From Nannocystis bainbridge (GTDB lineage: Bacteria > Myxococcota_A > Polyangia > Nannocystales > Nannocystaceae): a stretch of DNA of 64,000 nucleotides. Positions within the stretch are counted from its first letter, which is position 1. The number at the start of each line of letters is the position of its first letter. A program made the position numbers and the translations under genes. Under the pieces are notes generated by a model. That model saw only the letters and a list, made by a program, of their open reading frames with translations. It was not told the DNA's origin and did not search any database. The stretch lies in the NCBI RefSeq assembly GCF_028368995.1, contig NZ_JAQNDL010000003.1:1504001-1568000 (forward strand). Reading direction: 5' to 3'. Positions 46,674 to 58,878 of the stretch are shown piece after piece.

Positions 46674-47255
46674 GTGACCGTCCGAACCGAACAGAAAGAG
46701 CGCACCCGGCAAGACATCCTCGCCTCGGCGACTCGCCTGCTGCGCGAGCGCGGCATCGCCGGCGCCAGCGTGGCCGAGGTGATGAAGGGCGCCGGCCTCA
46801 CCGTCGGCGGCTTCTACGCTCACTTCGAATCCAAGGAGGCGCTGGTCTCCGCCTCGTTGCGGCAATCGCTGCACGAGCTGTGGAGCGGCCTGGTCGCCGG
46901 CGCCGGCAAGCTGCGCGGCGTCGAGGCGGTCTCCTACGTGGTCCGCCGCTACCTCTCGCGCGCCCACCGGGACAACCCCGGCGAGGGCTGCCCGCTGCCG
47001 GCCGTGGTCGCCGACGTGGCGCAGGCCGGCGAGGCCGTGCGCGAGGGCCTGGCCCACGAGCTCGGCGATTACGCCGACGCGCTCGCCGCTTGCATCACCG
47101 ACGACACCGCCGCCAGTCGTCAGCGCGCGCTCGCCCTGTTGTCCCTCATGTACGGCGGCCTCAGCCTCGCGCGCGCCCTCAAGGGCACCCCCGTCTCCGA
47201 CGAGATCCTCAAGTCCTGCCGCGATTTCGCGCGACAGGCGTTCACCAACGAATAG
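46674..47255 (+). CDS. TetR family transcriptional regulator
   Basis: ILASATRLLRERGIAGASVAEVMKGAGLTVGGFYAHFESKEAL, GCPL. Confidence 0.93.
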   Translation: MTVRTEQKERTRQDILASATRLLRERGIAGASVAEVMKGAGLTVGGFYAHFESKEALVSASLRQSLHELWSGLVAGAGKLRGVEAVSYVVRRYLSRAHRDNPGEGCPLPAVVADVAQAGEAVREGLAHELGDYADALAACITDDTAASRQRALALLSLMYGGLSLARALKGTPVSDEILKSCRDFARQAFTNE

Positions 47256-47273
47256 TCCCGGAGGACATGTATC

Positions 47274-48509
<1,236 letters not shown>

Positions 48510-48529
48510 ACCCCGAGGAGCTCCACGTC

Positions 48530-49009
48530 ATGTCTGCCAGCGATCCACCCCCGAAGAGCGAGACCCCGGTCATTCACCCGCGCGACTGGTTCGCGCGGGT
48601 GATGGCCGGGGAGCTCCCGCATCCGCCCATCGCCCGCCTCCTCGGCATTCGCATGCTGCGCGCCGAGGACGGGGTCGCCGCCGCCGAATTGCAGGCCGAC
48701 CCCGAGCGCCACGCCAACCCCATGGGCACCCTCCACGGCGGCGTCCTCTGCGACCTCGCCGACCTCGCCATGGGCACCGCCGTCGGCTCGATCCTCGAGC
48801 GCGGCGAATCGTTCACCACCCTCGAGCTCAAGGCCAACTATTTCAAGCCGGTGTGGAACCAGCGGCTCACCGCCAACGCGCGGATCGTCAAGCGCACCCG
48901 CACGATCTGCTACGTCGAATGCGACGTCGTCGACGACAAGCAGAGCCTCGTCGCCCGCCTCGCCAGCACCTGCATGATCCTGCGCGGCGACATGGCCGCC
49001 GGCCGCTGA
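48530..49009 (+). CDS. PaaI family hotdog thioesterase
   Basis: RBS GAGGAG; [27 protein letters not shown]. Confidence 0.92.
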   Translation: MSASDPPPKSETPVIHPRDWFARVMAGELPHPPIARLLGIRMLRAEDGVAAAELQADPERHANPMGTLHGGVLCDLADLAMGTAVGSILERGESFTTLELKANYFKPVWNQRLTANARIVKRTRTICYVECDVVDDKQSLVARLASTCMILRGDMAAGR

Positions 49010-49019
49010 TCCGCCGCCT

Positions 49020-49715
49020 TCACGGGCAGCGCGGGTCGGCCATCTGGACCATCTCGATCTGCTCGGGCGTGAACGGCAGCGGGTCGCAGCCGTGGCCGGA
49101 CTCGCAGATCCGGTCCCACTGCGGCGCCGCCTTGGCGTGGCAGCCGAAGCAATTGCCGCCGAAGCCGTTGACGACGTCCTGGGTGCCGCGCGCCATGATC
49201 GTCGTGCCCTGCGCCGACACCTCGAGCGCGAAGAACTCCCAGTCCGAATTGTCCGGGGCCCAGCCCGTCGCCCGCTTGACCATCGCCTCGCCGGGGATCA
49301 GCTGAATCACGGTACCGACCGGATAGACCCCGCCGCTCGGGTCGTTGGCGACCTCGAGGGCCTCGTCCAAATGGCCGAGCATGTTCGTCAGGCGGAACTT
49401 GCGGACCTTCTCCCATTCGAGCAAGCACACGAAGTCCTCGGCCTGCATGTCGAGGTCCTCGCCGCTCGCCGTGGTGCTGCTCGACGCGTCATCGGTCGTG
49501 CTGCTGCTGCTCGACTCGCTGCCGGTCGTGCTGCCGGTCGTGCTCCCGGTCGTGCTCCCGCCCGTCGTCGGCGCCTCGCCGGGACCCGTCGTCGGCGCGC
49601 CGGTCGAGGTGCCCGCCGTCTCGGTTCCGGTCGCGGCCGCGGTCGTCGTGCCCCCGCTCTCCCCGCACGCGGACACGAAGAGGAGGACCAGAAGAGCAGA
49701 CAGGCGGCTGGGCAT
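49020..49715 (-). CDS. Lipoprotein with cytochrome P460-like c-heme domain
   Basis: VSAC lipobox, Thr/Ser stalk, YPVGTVI, AMVKR, DWEF, CFGCH. Confidence 0.75.
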   Translation of the reverse strand: MPSRLSALLVLLFVSACGESGGTTTAAATGTETAGTSTGAPTTGPGEAPTTGGSTTGSTTGSTTGSESSSSSTTDDASSSTTASGEDLDMQAEDFVCLLEWEKVRKFRLTNMLGHLDEALEVANDPSGGVYPVGTVIQLIPGEAMVKRATGWAPDNSDWEFFALEVSAQGTTIMARGTQDVVNGFGGNCFGCHAKAAPQWDRICESGHGCDPLPFTPEQIEMVQMADPRCP

Positions 49716-49796
49716 GGCGCACCATCGCCAATCTCCCGCGCGCTTGGCAAGCGGGCCCGCGAGGCCCCCGGCGCGAAACCGCGAGCGCGGCGCGCC

Positions 49797-50753
49797 CTAT
49801 CTCCGGCGCATCACCGCGAACAGCTCCTGGCCGTGGCGGATCAGCGTCGACCCCTGCGCCACCGCCAGCTGCTCGATCGTGAAGCGCGGCGCGAACCGGC
49901 GCTCGACCTCGGCGCGGTCGGTCGTGAACGGCGGCCCGCCCGGGCGGCCGTGGGCGTAGAACAGCCCCACCAGCAAACCGCCGGGCTGCAGCGAATCCGC
50001 CACCGCCGTCACGTAGTCGTCGCGGCGGGCCGGATCGATCGCGCAGAAGCAGGTGTGCTCGACCACCAGGTCGAACGCCGGGGGCGAGCCCATGCGCGCG
50101 AACAGGTCCGCCACCGCGAACGCGATCGTCAGCTCCGGCGGCGTCATCGCCTGCGCCTGTGCGATCGCCGTCGGCGCCAGATCGATCGCCGTCACCGTCG
50201 CCCCGAGCCGCGCCAACAGCCGCGCCTCGTGCCCGCGGCCGCACCCGGGCACCAATGCTCGCATGCCCTCGGGGACATGTCCCGAGAACCATGTCACAAG
50301 CGGCGGCGCGGCCCGCCCGAGCTCCCAGCCGCCGGCGTTCGCCACGAACAGCGGGTCCCAGAACCTGGCCTCGCCCGGCCCGGCGCCAGCGACATCGGGC
50401 GCGCGCACCAGCAGCTCGCCGCGGATCGCCCGGGCCACCGGCGCGACCAGGTCGACCAGCGCCTCGAACTCCGCCGACGTCAGCCGCAGCCCCGGGTTCG
50501 CCGCGTCGGCCCGTGACAGCGTCGCCTGGCGGGCGAACGCATCGACCGCCAGCGCGCGCACCGGCGCCCCCGCCTGCCGCTCGAGCGCCGCCCACAGCGG
50601 CTCCGCGACCGCGTCGACCCGCGCGTAGGCCTCGCCCTCGAGGTCGCGGCCCTGCTCGCCGCGGGCGCCGACGACGACCGCGCGCACGTGATGGTCGGGT
50701 CGATGGAGCTTGAACGAACGGAGGTCCACGCGCGCGAACTTTGGCCGGTCCAC
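49797..50753 (-). CDS. Thiopurine/thiol S-methyltransferase (TPMT-like) with N-terminal extension
   Basis: FW...WELGRAAPPL, ALVPGCGRGHE, FDLVVEHTCFCAIDP, GGPPF; probable GTG start 50753. Confidence 0.85.
   Translation of the reverse strand: MDRPKFARVDLRSFKLHRPDHHVRAVVVGARGEQGRDLEGEAYARVDAVAEPLWAALERQAGAPVRALAVDAFARQATLSRADAANPGLRLTSAEFEALVDLVAPVARAIRGELLVRAPDVAGAGPGEARFWDPLFVANAGGWELGRAAPPLVTWFSGHVPEGMRALVPGCGRGHEARLLARLGATVTAIDLAPTAIAQAQAMTPPELTIAFAVADLFARMGSPPAFDLVVEHTCFCAIDPARRDDYVTAVADSLQPGGLLVGLFYAHGRPGGPPFTTDRAEVERRFAPRFTIEQLAVAQGSTLIRHGQELFAVMRRR
50264..50295. repeat. TGTC-N6-GACA family array inside the methyltransferase gene
   Basis: TGCC CTCGGG GACA TGTC CCGAGA ACCA TGTC. Confidence 0.65.
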
Positions 50754-50783
50754 CCCGTCGTCGCAAGCGTTATCCTCGCGGCC

Positions 50784-51587
50784 ATGGAGCTCCACGACCT
50801 CCTCGCTCGCCTGTGGCGCGACTACGCCGCCTTGAACCCGCAGGTCGAGCGGGTCGGCGCCCTCCTTGCCGGGGCCGGCGAGCGCGTCGTCCACGACCAC
50901 ATCGCCCTGCGCACCTGGGGCGACCCGCGCTGCGACATCGAAGCGCTGGCGCGCCCGTTCGTGCGCGCCGGCTACCGCGCCGCCGGGGCCTACCGCTTCG
51001 CCGAGAAGCGCCTGGTCGCCCGCCACTTCGCCCACGACGACCCCGCGCTCCCGCTCGTCTTCATCAGCGAGCTGATCCTCGCCGAGTTCTCGCCTGACCT
51101 TCAGGACAGGGTGAGATGTCTCCTCGAACAGGTCCCCGAGGACATGTTCCAGGCGCCAGACCTGTGCGCGCGCGGCCGCCCGTGGAGGGTCGCCCACGCC
51201 GAGGTCGAGGCCCTGCGGCGCGAGAGCGAGTACGCCGCCTGGCTGGCCGCGTTCGGCTGGCGGGCCAACCACTTCACCGTCGCCGTCCACGAGCTCGCAA
51301 ACCTGTCCGAATTGCCCGCTCTCGACGCCTTCCTCGTCGCCCACGGCCTGCGCCTCAACACGGCAGGCGGCGAGATCAAGGGCTCGCCGGCGCAGGGCCT
51401 CGAGCAGTCGTCGACCCTGGCCGACGTCGTCGAAGTCGAATTCAGCGACGGCACCTTCGCCGTGCCCGCCTGCTACTACGAGTTCGCGCGCCGCTGGCCC
51501 GGCCCCGACGGCCGCCAGTTCCGCGGCTTCATCGAGGGCTCGGCCGACAAGATCTTCGAGAGCACCGACCGGGACTCCGCGTCGTGA
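50784..51587 (+). CDS. DUF1338 domain protein (VOC-fold dioxygenase-like)
   Basis: HDHIALRT, VFISEL, ESEYAAW, NHFTV, LEQSS, YYEFARR, ADKIFEST. Confidence 0.9.
   Translation: MELHDLLARLWRDYAALNPQVERVGALLAGAGERVVHDHIALRTWGDPRCDIEALARPFVRAGYRAAGAYRFAEKRLVARHFAHDDPALPLVFISELILAEFSPDLQDRVRCLLEQVPEDMFQAPDLCARGRPWRVAHAEVEALRRESEYAAWLAAFGWRANHFTVAVHELANLSELPALDAFLVAHGLRLNTAGGEIKGSPAQGLEQSSTLADVVEVEFSDGTFAVPACYYEFARRWPGPDGRQFRGFIEGSADKIFESTDRDSAS
51095..51148. repeat. TGTC-N6-GACA family array inside the DUF1338 gene
   Basis: TGAC CTTCAG GACA ... TGTC TCCTCG AACA GGTC CCCGAG GACA TGTT. Confidence 0.65.
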
Positions 51588-51922
51588 GCCCGTGAGGGCG
51601 AAGCGACCGCCGCGCCCCGGGCCCGACGCGCCCCGCGAACCGCGAGTCCGCGGGGCACCCGATCGCCGGGCTCCGCCGTGGCAATGCCACGGCGTCGGCC
51701 TCGCGTGGACCCGCGACGCCGTCGTCGCCGTGGATCTCCCCGACCTCGAGCGACCGCCCTGCAAGGCCGACAGGTCCACGCACAGGCCCAAACTCGTCGA
51801 TGCGCCGCGCCAGGCGCCCGTGGGCGCGACTCGCGAGCCTGGTGAGCCGCCGCAGCGATGAGCCATCGCACGCCCGGCGGGCTTCTGCGCCGGCGCCGAG
51901 CGATGCCACCCTTTGCTCCGAC

Positions 51923-53083
<1,161 letters not shown>

Positions 53084-53086
53084 GGC

Positions 53087-53146
53087 TGTCCTGCGGGGCA
53101 TGTCCCCGAGGACCTGCGCCATCGGGCATGTCCTCACGGACATGCC
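53087..53146. repeat. TGTC-N6-GACA array (4 units, strict 14-bp period) filling a convergent intergenic gap
   Basis: TGTC CTGCGG GGCA TGTC CCCGAG GACC TGCG CCATCG GGCA TGTC CTCACG GACA TGCC. Confidence 0.85.
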
Positions 53147-53153
53147 CCTTCGT

Positions 53154-53915
53154 TCACGTCAGCACCCGCGACCCGTCGGCCGTCACGCAGAGGGTGTGCT
53201 CGAACTGGGCGCTCCACTTGCGGTCGGCGGTGACCACCGTCCAGCCGTCCTTCAGCACCTCGACCTCCGGGGTCCCGACGGTCAGCATCGGCTCGATCGT
53301 GAACACCATCCCCTCGCGCAGGCGCAGTCCCGTGCCGGCGCGGCCGACGTGGGCGATGTGCGGCGCCTCGTGCATGTGGCGGCCGATCCCGTGGCCGCCG
53401 AAGTCGCTGACCACCCCGTAGCCGCCGCGCCGCGCGACCTCGACGATCGCCGCGCCGATGTCGCCGAGCCGCGCCCCTGGCCGCACCGCCGCGATCCCGG
53501 CGTCGCGGGCCGCTCGCGTGGTCGTGACCAGCCGCTCCGCCTCCGCCGAGACCGCGCCGATGCAGAACGTCGCCGAGGTGTCGCCGTGGAACCCGTCGAG
53601 CTCGGTCGTCACGTCGACGTTGACGATGTCGCCGTCCTGCAGCACCACGTCGGCCCGCGGCACCCCGTGACACACCACCTCGTTGCGGCTCGTGCACACG
53701 CTCGCCGGAAACGGCCCCGGCCCCGCCCCGCGGTAGCCCAGCTGACTCGGCCGCCCGCCCCGCCGCGCGGTGTCCTCGCGCACCCACCCGTCGATCTGCC
53801 CCGTCGTCACCCCCGCGCGCAGCCGCTCCGCCACGTACGCCAGCGTACCTGCCGCCGCCGCCCCCGCGCGCTCGATCGCCGCGATCTCCCGCGGCCCGTA
53901 AATCGTCACCGACAT
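53154..53915 (-). CDS. map: Methionine aminopeptidase type I
   Basis: SVCTSRNEVVCHG, DIVNVD, FHGDTS, GHGIG..HE.P, FTIEPM, SAQFEHT. Confidence 0.95.
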   Translation of the reverse strand: MSVTIYGPREIAAIERAGAAAAGTLAYVAERLRAGVTTGQIDGWVREDTARRGGRPSQLGYRGAGPGPFPASVCTSRNEVVCHGVPRADVVLQDGDIVNVDVTTELDGFHGDTSATFCIGAVSAEAERLVTTTRAARDAGIAAVRPGARLGDIGAAIVEVARRGGYGVVSDFGGHGIGRHMHEAPHIAHVGRAGTGLRLREGMVFTIEPMLTVGTPEVEVLKDGWTVVTADRKWSAQFEHTLCVTADGSRVLT

Positions 53916-53952
53916 GCCCGCGAGCCTGCGCCGGACCGCCCGCGGCGGTCCA

Positions 53953-53967
53953 ATACCGTTTCGGTAT
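53953..53967. promoter_or_regulatory. LysR-type binding site ATAC-N7-GTAT upstream of map
   Basis: ATACC GTTTC GGTAT, a T-N11-A palindrome of the CatM/BenM type, between map and a divergent LysR-HTH gene. Confidence 0.7.
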
Positions 53968-54225
53968 GACGCGCCGCGAAAGCCCGGCAACGGCGACCCT
54001 TTCGCCTCGCCGGCCCCGGCGGTGTTCGTGATCGGATCGCCGACGCGCTCGCGGCCACGCGCGCCAGCATCTCGGCCGCGCCTGACACCCTCGCTCGTCC
54101 TCCGCCGACGCCATGCCCCGAGTCCGGGCGACCCGAATGGCAACCCCTGCCTCTGCCACCGGCGCGCAGTCTCCGGCGCTGACCCGGGCTTGCCTGGCGC
54201 CGGCGCTCGCGCGTAGCCTGGGCCC

Positions 54226-54549
54226 GTGAGCCTGACCCAGATCAGCTACTTCGTCGCCGTCGCCGAGGAGCAGCACGTCGGTCGCGCGGCGCAGCGGCTG
54301 CACGTCTCGCAGCCGCCCGTGACCCGGCAGATCCACCAGCTCGAGGACGAACTCGGCACTCGCCTGTTCGACCGCACCCCTCGCGGCGTCCGCCTCCTGC
54401 CCGCCGGCGAGCGCTTCCTCGCCCACGCCCGGGCGATCCTCGCCCAGGTCGACGCTGCCCGCCGGGCCGTCTCCGGACCTGCCTCGAACGACATGGACGA
54501 TGGGACATGTGCTTCGAGCCATGTCCCGAACGCTCTCGGCCGTGACTGA
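54226..54549 (+). CDS. Short LysR-type regulator (HTH only, no effector domain)
   Basis: YFVAVAEEQHVGRAAQRLHVSQPPVTRQIHQLEDELGTRLFDRTPRGV; ends after the linker helix. Confidence 0.8.
   Translation: MSLTQISYFVAVAEEQHVGRAAQRLHVSQPPVTRQIHQLEDELGTRLFDRTPRGVRLLPAGERFLAHARAILAQVDAARRAVSGPASNDMDDGTCASSHVPNALGRD
54490..54525. repeat. Degenerate TGTC-N6-GACA array in the tail of the short LysR
   Basis: GACA TGGA CGATGG GACA TGTG CTTCGA GCCA TGTC. Confidence 0.6.
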
Positions 54550-54566
54550 GAGCCGACGACGCGAAC

Positions 54567-54596
54567 AGCGCCGCCGCCCGTGAGGGCAGCGGCGCT
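54567..54596. terminator. GC-rich hairpin between convergent genes
   Basis: AGCGCCGCCGCCC-GTGA-GGGCAGCGGCGCT; no clear U tract. Confidence 0.5.
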
Positions 54597-54625
54597 CCGC
54601 GTTCCCGGCCTGCTTGAAGCTCGGC

Positions 54626-55396
54626 TCACTCGCCGCGCGGGCCCTTGTCGCCGTAGTCACCGCGCGGGCCGTGGCCCCGGTCGCCGTGGTCGCCGCGCGG
54701 GCCGTGGCCCCGGTCGCCGTGGTGGGCTTGCTTGAACGCCACCAGCTCCTCGCGGGACAGCTTGCCGTCGCTGTTGCTGTCGGCCTCGGCGAACTTCTCG
54801 GCCAGCTTCGGGTGCTGGGCCACCTCGTCGGCGGACAGCGCGTTGTCGCTGTTCGCGTCGAGCTTCGCCATCATCATCGCCGCGCGCTCGGCCGGGTCCT
54901 TGTGCGACCCGTCGCCGTGCTTGCCGCGGCCCTTGAGCGCCTTCAGCTCCTCGCGGGTCAGCTTGCCGTCGCTGTCCGCGTCGGCCTCGGCGAACTTGTG
55001 CGCCAGCGGCCCCTCGGTCACCTCCTCGCGGGACAGCGCGCCGTCGCTGTTGGCGTCGAACTTGGCCAGCAGCTTGATCGCCCGCTCCTCCGGGTCCTTC
55101 GGCCCGCCGTGACCACCGCGGCGGCCCTTCATCGCCTTCAGCTCCTCGCCGCTCAGCTTGCCGTCGCCGTCGACGTCGAGCTCGGCGAACTTGGCCTCGA
55201 AGCGGTGACCCTTGGCCTCTTCGCGGGAGATCGAGCCATCGCCGTCGGCGTCGAACTTGGCCATGAACCCGCCCTTGTGGTGCCCGCCCTCGACCTCCGC
55301 GAGCTCCTGCTCGGTCGGCTCCGCGGTCTCCTCCTTGTCGCAGGCGACGAACATGAGGGAAAGGGACAGGAAGGCGGCCTTGGTGATGCGTGTCAT
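54626..55396 (-). CDS. EF-hand calcium-binding lipoprotein
   Basis: FVAC lipobox; six DxDxDGxL/ISxxE-type loops; His/Gly-rich tail. Confidence 0.9.
   Translation of the reverse strand: MTRITKAAFLSLSLMFVACDKEETAEPTEQELAEVEGGHHKGGFMAKFDADGDGSISREEAKGHRFEAKFAELDVDGDGKLSGEELKAMKGRRGGHGGPKDPEERAIKLLAKFDANSDGALSREEVTEGPLAHKFAEADADSDGKLTREELKALKGRGKHGDGSHKDPAERAAMMMAKLDANSDNALSADEVAQHPKLAEKFAEADSNSDGKLSREELVAFKQAHHGDRGHGPRGDHGDRGHGPRGDYGDKGPRGE
54660..54725. repeat. 33-bp tandem repeat x2 encoding HGDRGHGPRGD
   Basis: CCGCGCGGGCCGTGGCCCCGGTCGCCGTGGT at 54660 and 54693. Confidence 0.75.
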
Positions 55397-55798
55397 GGTG
55401 TGTCTCCTCGAAACCGGTGGCGGCCATCGCCGCGCAGGTCATGTCCCCGGCTCGCATCCTGATATTGGTCGCCCCCGGGCTCCTTGCACGCCGGATTACC
55501 GTCGCTTTACAGAGGCCCCCGCCCGCCCCGGTCGCACGAGCCGCCAGACCCCCCTGCGCGGGCTTCGGAGGCCGTTGCGCGGCTTCGCTCCGAGCCCCCG
55601 GTTACGTCCCGCCAACAATCTTTCGGGGCACCTCCGCGCAGACACGACCTCGACTTCGTAACACGCACGCCGCCAGCAGCTCGCGCGCACGATCCCCACG
55701 TCCCACCGCGCGAAGTGGCCTCGAGCCTCGCGCATCTCGCTACCCCTGCCGGCGCGGCGGCCGGGACTCGCAGCGAGTCCCAGCAAAAGCCTCGAGGT

Positions 55799-56341
55799 TC
55801 AGGGACCGCAGCCGGTGTCCGCAAAGATGTCGCACTCGACGACGATGATGCCGTCCTCCGCCAGGTGGAAGCCATTCGTTCCGCCGTCGAAGCACACGTT
55901 CGCCGCGCACTTCTCGACCGTCGTCGTCGGGCACTGCGCCGGCGCGGCGAAGCATACCATGCACGTCGGGTCGTCCGTCTCGACGCACTCGGTCGACCCG
56001 CACGCCGGGATGTCCGAGTCGAACCAGCGGCAGAACTGCCCCGCCCGGCACGTCCCGCACGGGTTCACGCCGCCGGGCTCGGGCGGCTCGGTATCCGAGA
56101 CGGTCCCGGGCTCGCTCGTGCTGCCCGAGCTCGTGTCGGTCGTCGAGGTCGAAGTCGTGCTCGTGCTCGTCGTCGCGGTGGACGTCGAGGTCGGCTGGTC
56201 GGTCTCCGACGACCCGGACGACTCGGTCGCTCCCGTCGGGTCCGTCGCCGTCGCATCCGAATCCGTCTCCTTCGATTTGTCGTGACAGCCGAGCAGTAAG
56301 AGCCCGAACAACAAGCAAGGCAAGCGGTGCAAATAAAGCAT
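55799..56341 (-). CDS. Small Cys-rich lipoprotein with Ser/Thr stalk
   Basis: LLGC lipobox, S/T/D linker, Cys-rich C-terminus. Confidence 0.75.
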   Translation of the reverse strand: MLYLHRLPCLLFGLLLLGCHDKSKETDSDATATDPTGATESSGSSETDQPTSTSTATTSTSTTSTSTTDTSSGSTSEPGTVSDTEPPEPGGVNPCGTCRAGQFCRWFDSDIPACGSTECVETDDPTCMVCFAAPAQCPTTTVEKCAANVCFDGGTNGFHLAEDGIIVVECDIFADTGCGP

Positions 56342-56570
56342 GCACCCAGCTTACCACCGCCGCGGCGGCTCGAAAAGCTCCTGCGTGCCCCGGCCCGGTG
56401 CCCGCCGAGCCGGCCGCGCGTGCTCCCGCTCGGCTCGTCTCTCCTCCCGGGCGACCATGGGAACCCCGCCGATGCGCCCTCGGTCTCGCGCTCACGCCGA
56501 TGCTCCTGTACTCCCCCGCGCACCGACGCCGGCCATCTCACGCGATTGTCCATTCCCTACACAACTCATA

Positions 56571-56592
56571 GACATGTCTCAAAGGACATATC
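56571..56592. repeat. TGTC-N6-GACA array
   Basis: GACA TGTC TCAAAG GACA TATC. Confidence 0.8.
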
Positions 56593-57106
56593 ATCATTGC
56601 TTCAATCACGCGAGCAACCCAGCCGCGCCACGAAGCCCGCCCTCCGGCCAGCTCTCGGCTCGACCTCACGGCCCCGCGGCTCGACGAAGACGGCAGCGTG
56701 CACGGACCGGAAGCCCGTCGTCCGTAGCCCGATCTCCCAGGCCGCCGAGCATCCCGTCGTCATGGTTTCTGAGTCGCTCGTCGTCCGCCAGCTGCACCCC
56801 GGGGCGCGTCTTCATCCGGCCGAGCCAAAACACACGCCGAGCAGGCGAGCGTGGCGCTCGTGCCGACGCCGTTCGCGCGCACGCGGTCGTCCGCCGTTTC
56901 GACGCCATCTTCGCGCTGCGGCGGGCGCGTCGCCGTCACGTCACCTGCCTCAACCTCGCGTTTGCCGCTCTCCTCGCTCACGACCTCGCACCACCCCTTC
57001 ATCGGTCGACCGCGTTCGCAAGGGCTTCCTCTGGTAAAAGCACGCACCGAGCCCGGGCTCCGCATGCTCGTCCGTCCGGGCCTCGCCTTGCTCTCGACAG
57101 GTGCCC

Positions 57107-57865
57107 ATGTCCTTCCCAGCGCGGGTCATCCGCTACATCACCTCGATCCTCGTCTGGACTCTCGGGTTTGCATGGATGACCGTGACCATCCTCTTCCTCG
57201 TGGTCTTCGGGCTGGTCCGCGGCGGAGGTCCCGAGCTCAACCGCAGGGCAGCGCAGTGGATGTCGCACGTCACCCGCCTCGCGTACCCGCGCTTTCGCGT
57301 GATCTACGACCCTGATTTCGACCCGACGCGGCCGAGCGTGTTCTGTCAGAACCACGTCAACTTCATGGACGCCCACGTCGCCTGTCGCGTGATCCCGGGG
57401 CCGTTCTGCGGGTTGATGCTCGCCTCGCACTTCAAGATCCCCGCGTACGGCTGGATCATGCGGATCACCAGCGGGATCCCCGTGCCCTCCGCCAAGGGCG
57501 GACGCACGACCGCGCTCATGCTCGCCGCTCGCGATCGCATCGCTCGCGGGATCTCCATCCTCGTGTTTCCGGAGGCCCACCGGACCCTCGATGGCCACCT
57601 CCAGCCGTTCAAGCAAGGCGTCTTCTTCATGGCCCGCGACGCCGGCGCCCCGGTGGTCCCGATCGCCGTCCATGGCGCCTACGAGGTCAATCACAAGGGC
57701 ACCTGGCTGTTCAGGCGCGGGCCCGTGACCGTGTGGGTCGGGCCCCAGGTCGAGACCGAGGGCCTCGACGACGAAGCCCTCGCCGTCGTGATCGAGGAGA
57801 TGCGGGCGGACATCCACGAGTTCGTCGAGACCGGCTTCGTCCGCGAGCGACCCGCGGCGGCGTGA
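57107..57865 (+). CDS. Lysophospholipid acyltransferase (PlsC-like)
   Basis: NHVNFMD (HxxxxD), FPEAHRT, PFKQG, PVVPIA. Confidence 0.92.
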   Translation: MSFPARVIRYITSILVWTLGFAWMTVTILFLVVFGLVRGGGPELNRRAAQWMSHVTRLAYPRFRVIYDPDFDPTRPSVFCQNHVNFMDAHVACRVIPGPFCGLMLASHFKIPAYGWIMRITSGIPVPSAKGGRTTALMLAARDRIARGISILVFPEAHRTLDGHLQPFKQGVFFMARDAGAPVVPIAVHGAYEVNHKGTWLFRRGPVTVWVGPQVETEGLDDEALAVVIEEMRADIHEFVETGFVRERPAAA

Positions 57866-57905
57866 CGGCGGCCCTGCCGCTCGCGGAGCTCCCGCGCAAT
57901 CCACC

Positions 57906-57927
57906 GACATGTCCTCGCGGACATGTC
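57906..57927. repeat. TGTC-N6-GACA array between convergent genes
   Basis: GACA TGTC CTCGCG GACA TGTC. Confidence 0.85.
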
Positions 57928-57928
57928 C

Positions 57929-58819
57929 TCATGCATGCGGCGTCGCGGGCAGCACCAGCCCGCGCTCGCGCGCCAGCCGATCGGACAGCTCCCAGGTGCG
58001 CCGCGCCAGCTCGGCCTCGAGACATAGCGGCGTCGGCTCGAAGCGCCCGGGGTCGAAGCAGATCGCCCCGTTCGCCGGTCGGGCATCCGCCATCGTCAGC
58101 AGCCGCACCACGTTGGCCGCCGAGCGCTCCGTCGAGGCCCCGAACAGGCGATACAGCGCGCGGATGAACCACGGCCACTCGCGCGCCGTGTCGGTGCGGG
58201 TCATGCCGACGCAGGCGATGCTCGCGGTGACCGGCAGGTCGCGCCAGCGCTGCGCTGCCGCTTGCACGTGCAGGTAGCCCAGCACCTGCGACGACATCAG
58301 CGCCGCCAGCAGCCGCCAGCGGCGGCGCTCGAACTGCAGATCGTCGAGGTCGGGCACCAGCCCTGCCGGCGCCTTCGCCCCCACGTGCACGACGCGCCCG
58401 TCGCCCGAGCGGGCCAGCTGCGCCAGCGCTCCGCGGTTGAGCGCGTAGCGGGCCAGGTACTGCAAGGCGAACGCGCGCTCGAACCCGTCGGCCGTGTCGA
58501 CCCGCCGCATCGACGCCGTCATCGCCGTGTGCACCAGCCCGTGCAGCGCCGGTCGCCACCCCGCGATCGTCTCGATCGCCCGGCCCACTCCCGCCATCGT
58601 CGTGAGGTCGGCCGCGCGGTACTCCGCCACCGCAGCCCCCGCCGCGCGTACCGTCGCCGCCGCTCGCTCCCCGCGCTCGCCGTCGCGCCCGAGCAGCAAG
58701 ATCGCCGCGCCCCGGCGGGCCATCGCCGTGGCCGCCGTCAGCCCGATCCCCGCCGTCCCGCCGCTGAACACGAAGTTGAGGCCACGGACCCGTCGCTCGT
58801 CTTTCATCACGTCCATCAC
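57929..58819 (-). CDS. Atypical SDR oxidoreductase
   Basis: SGGTAGIG, ADLT, TADGFERAFALQYLARY; canonical YxxxK not evident. Confidence 0.85.
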   Translation of the reverse strand: MMDVMKDERRVRGLNFVFSGGTAGIGLTAATAMARRGAAILLLGRDGERGERAAATVRAAGAAVAEYRAADLTTMAGVGRAIETIAGWRPALHGLVHTAMTASMRRVDTADGFERAFALQYLARYALNRGALAQLARSGDGRVVHVGAKAPAGLVPDLDDLQFERRRWRLLAALMSSQVLGYLHVQAAAQRWRDLPVTASIACVGMTRTDTAREWPWFIRALYRLFGASTERSAANVVRLLTMADARPANGAICFDPGRFEPTPLCLEAELARRTWELSDRLARERGLVLPATPHA

Positions 58820-58878
58820 ATTTTCAAAAATATAAGCAATTGCTTGCCTCGTCAGCTTGCGTTCGCTAGCCCTCTCCG

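Noticed and set aside
53087-53146. 14-bp arrays as a CRISPR array
   Set aside because: The conserved part is only 8 bp with 6-bp spacers, at most 4 units, and there are no cas genes.
56342-57100. Possible degraded gene in a long intergenic region
   Set aside because: Only a short hydrophobic stretch; no family recognised and no consistent frame.
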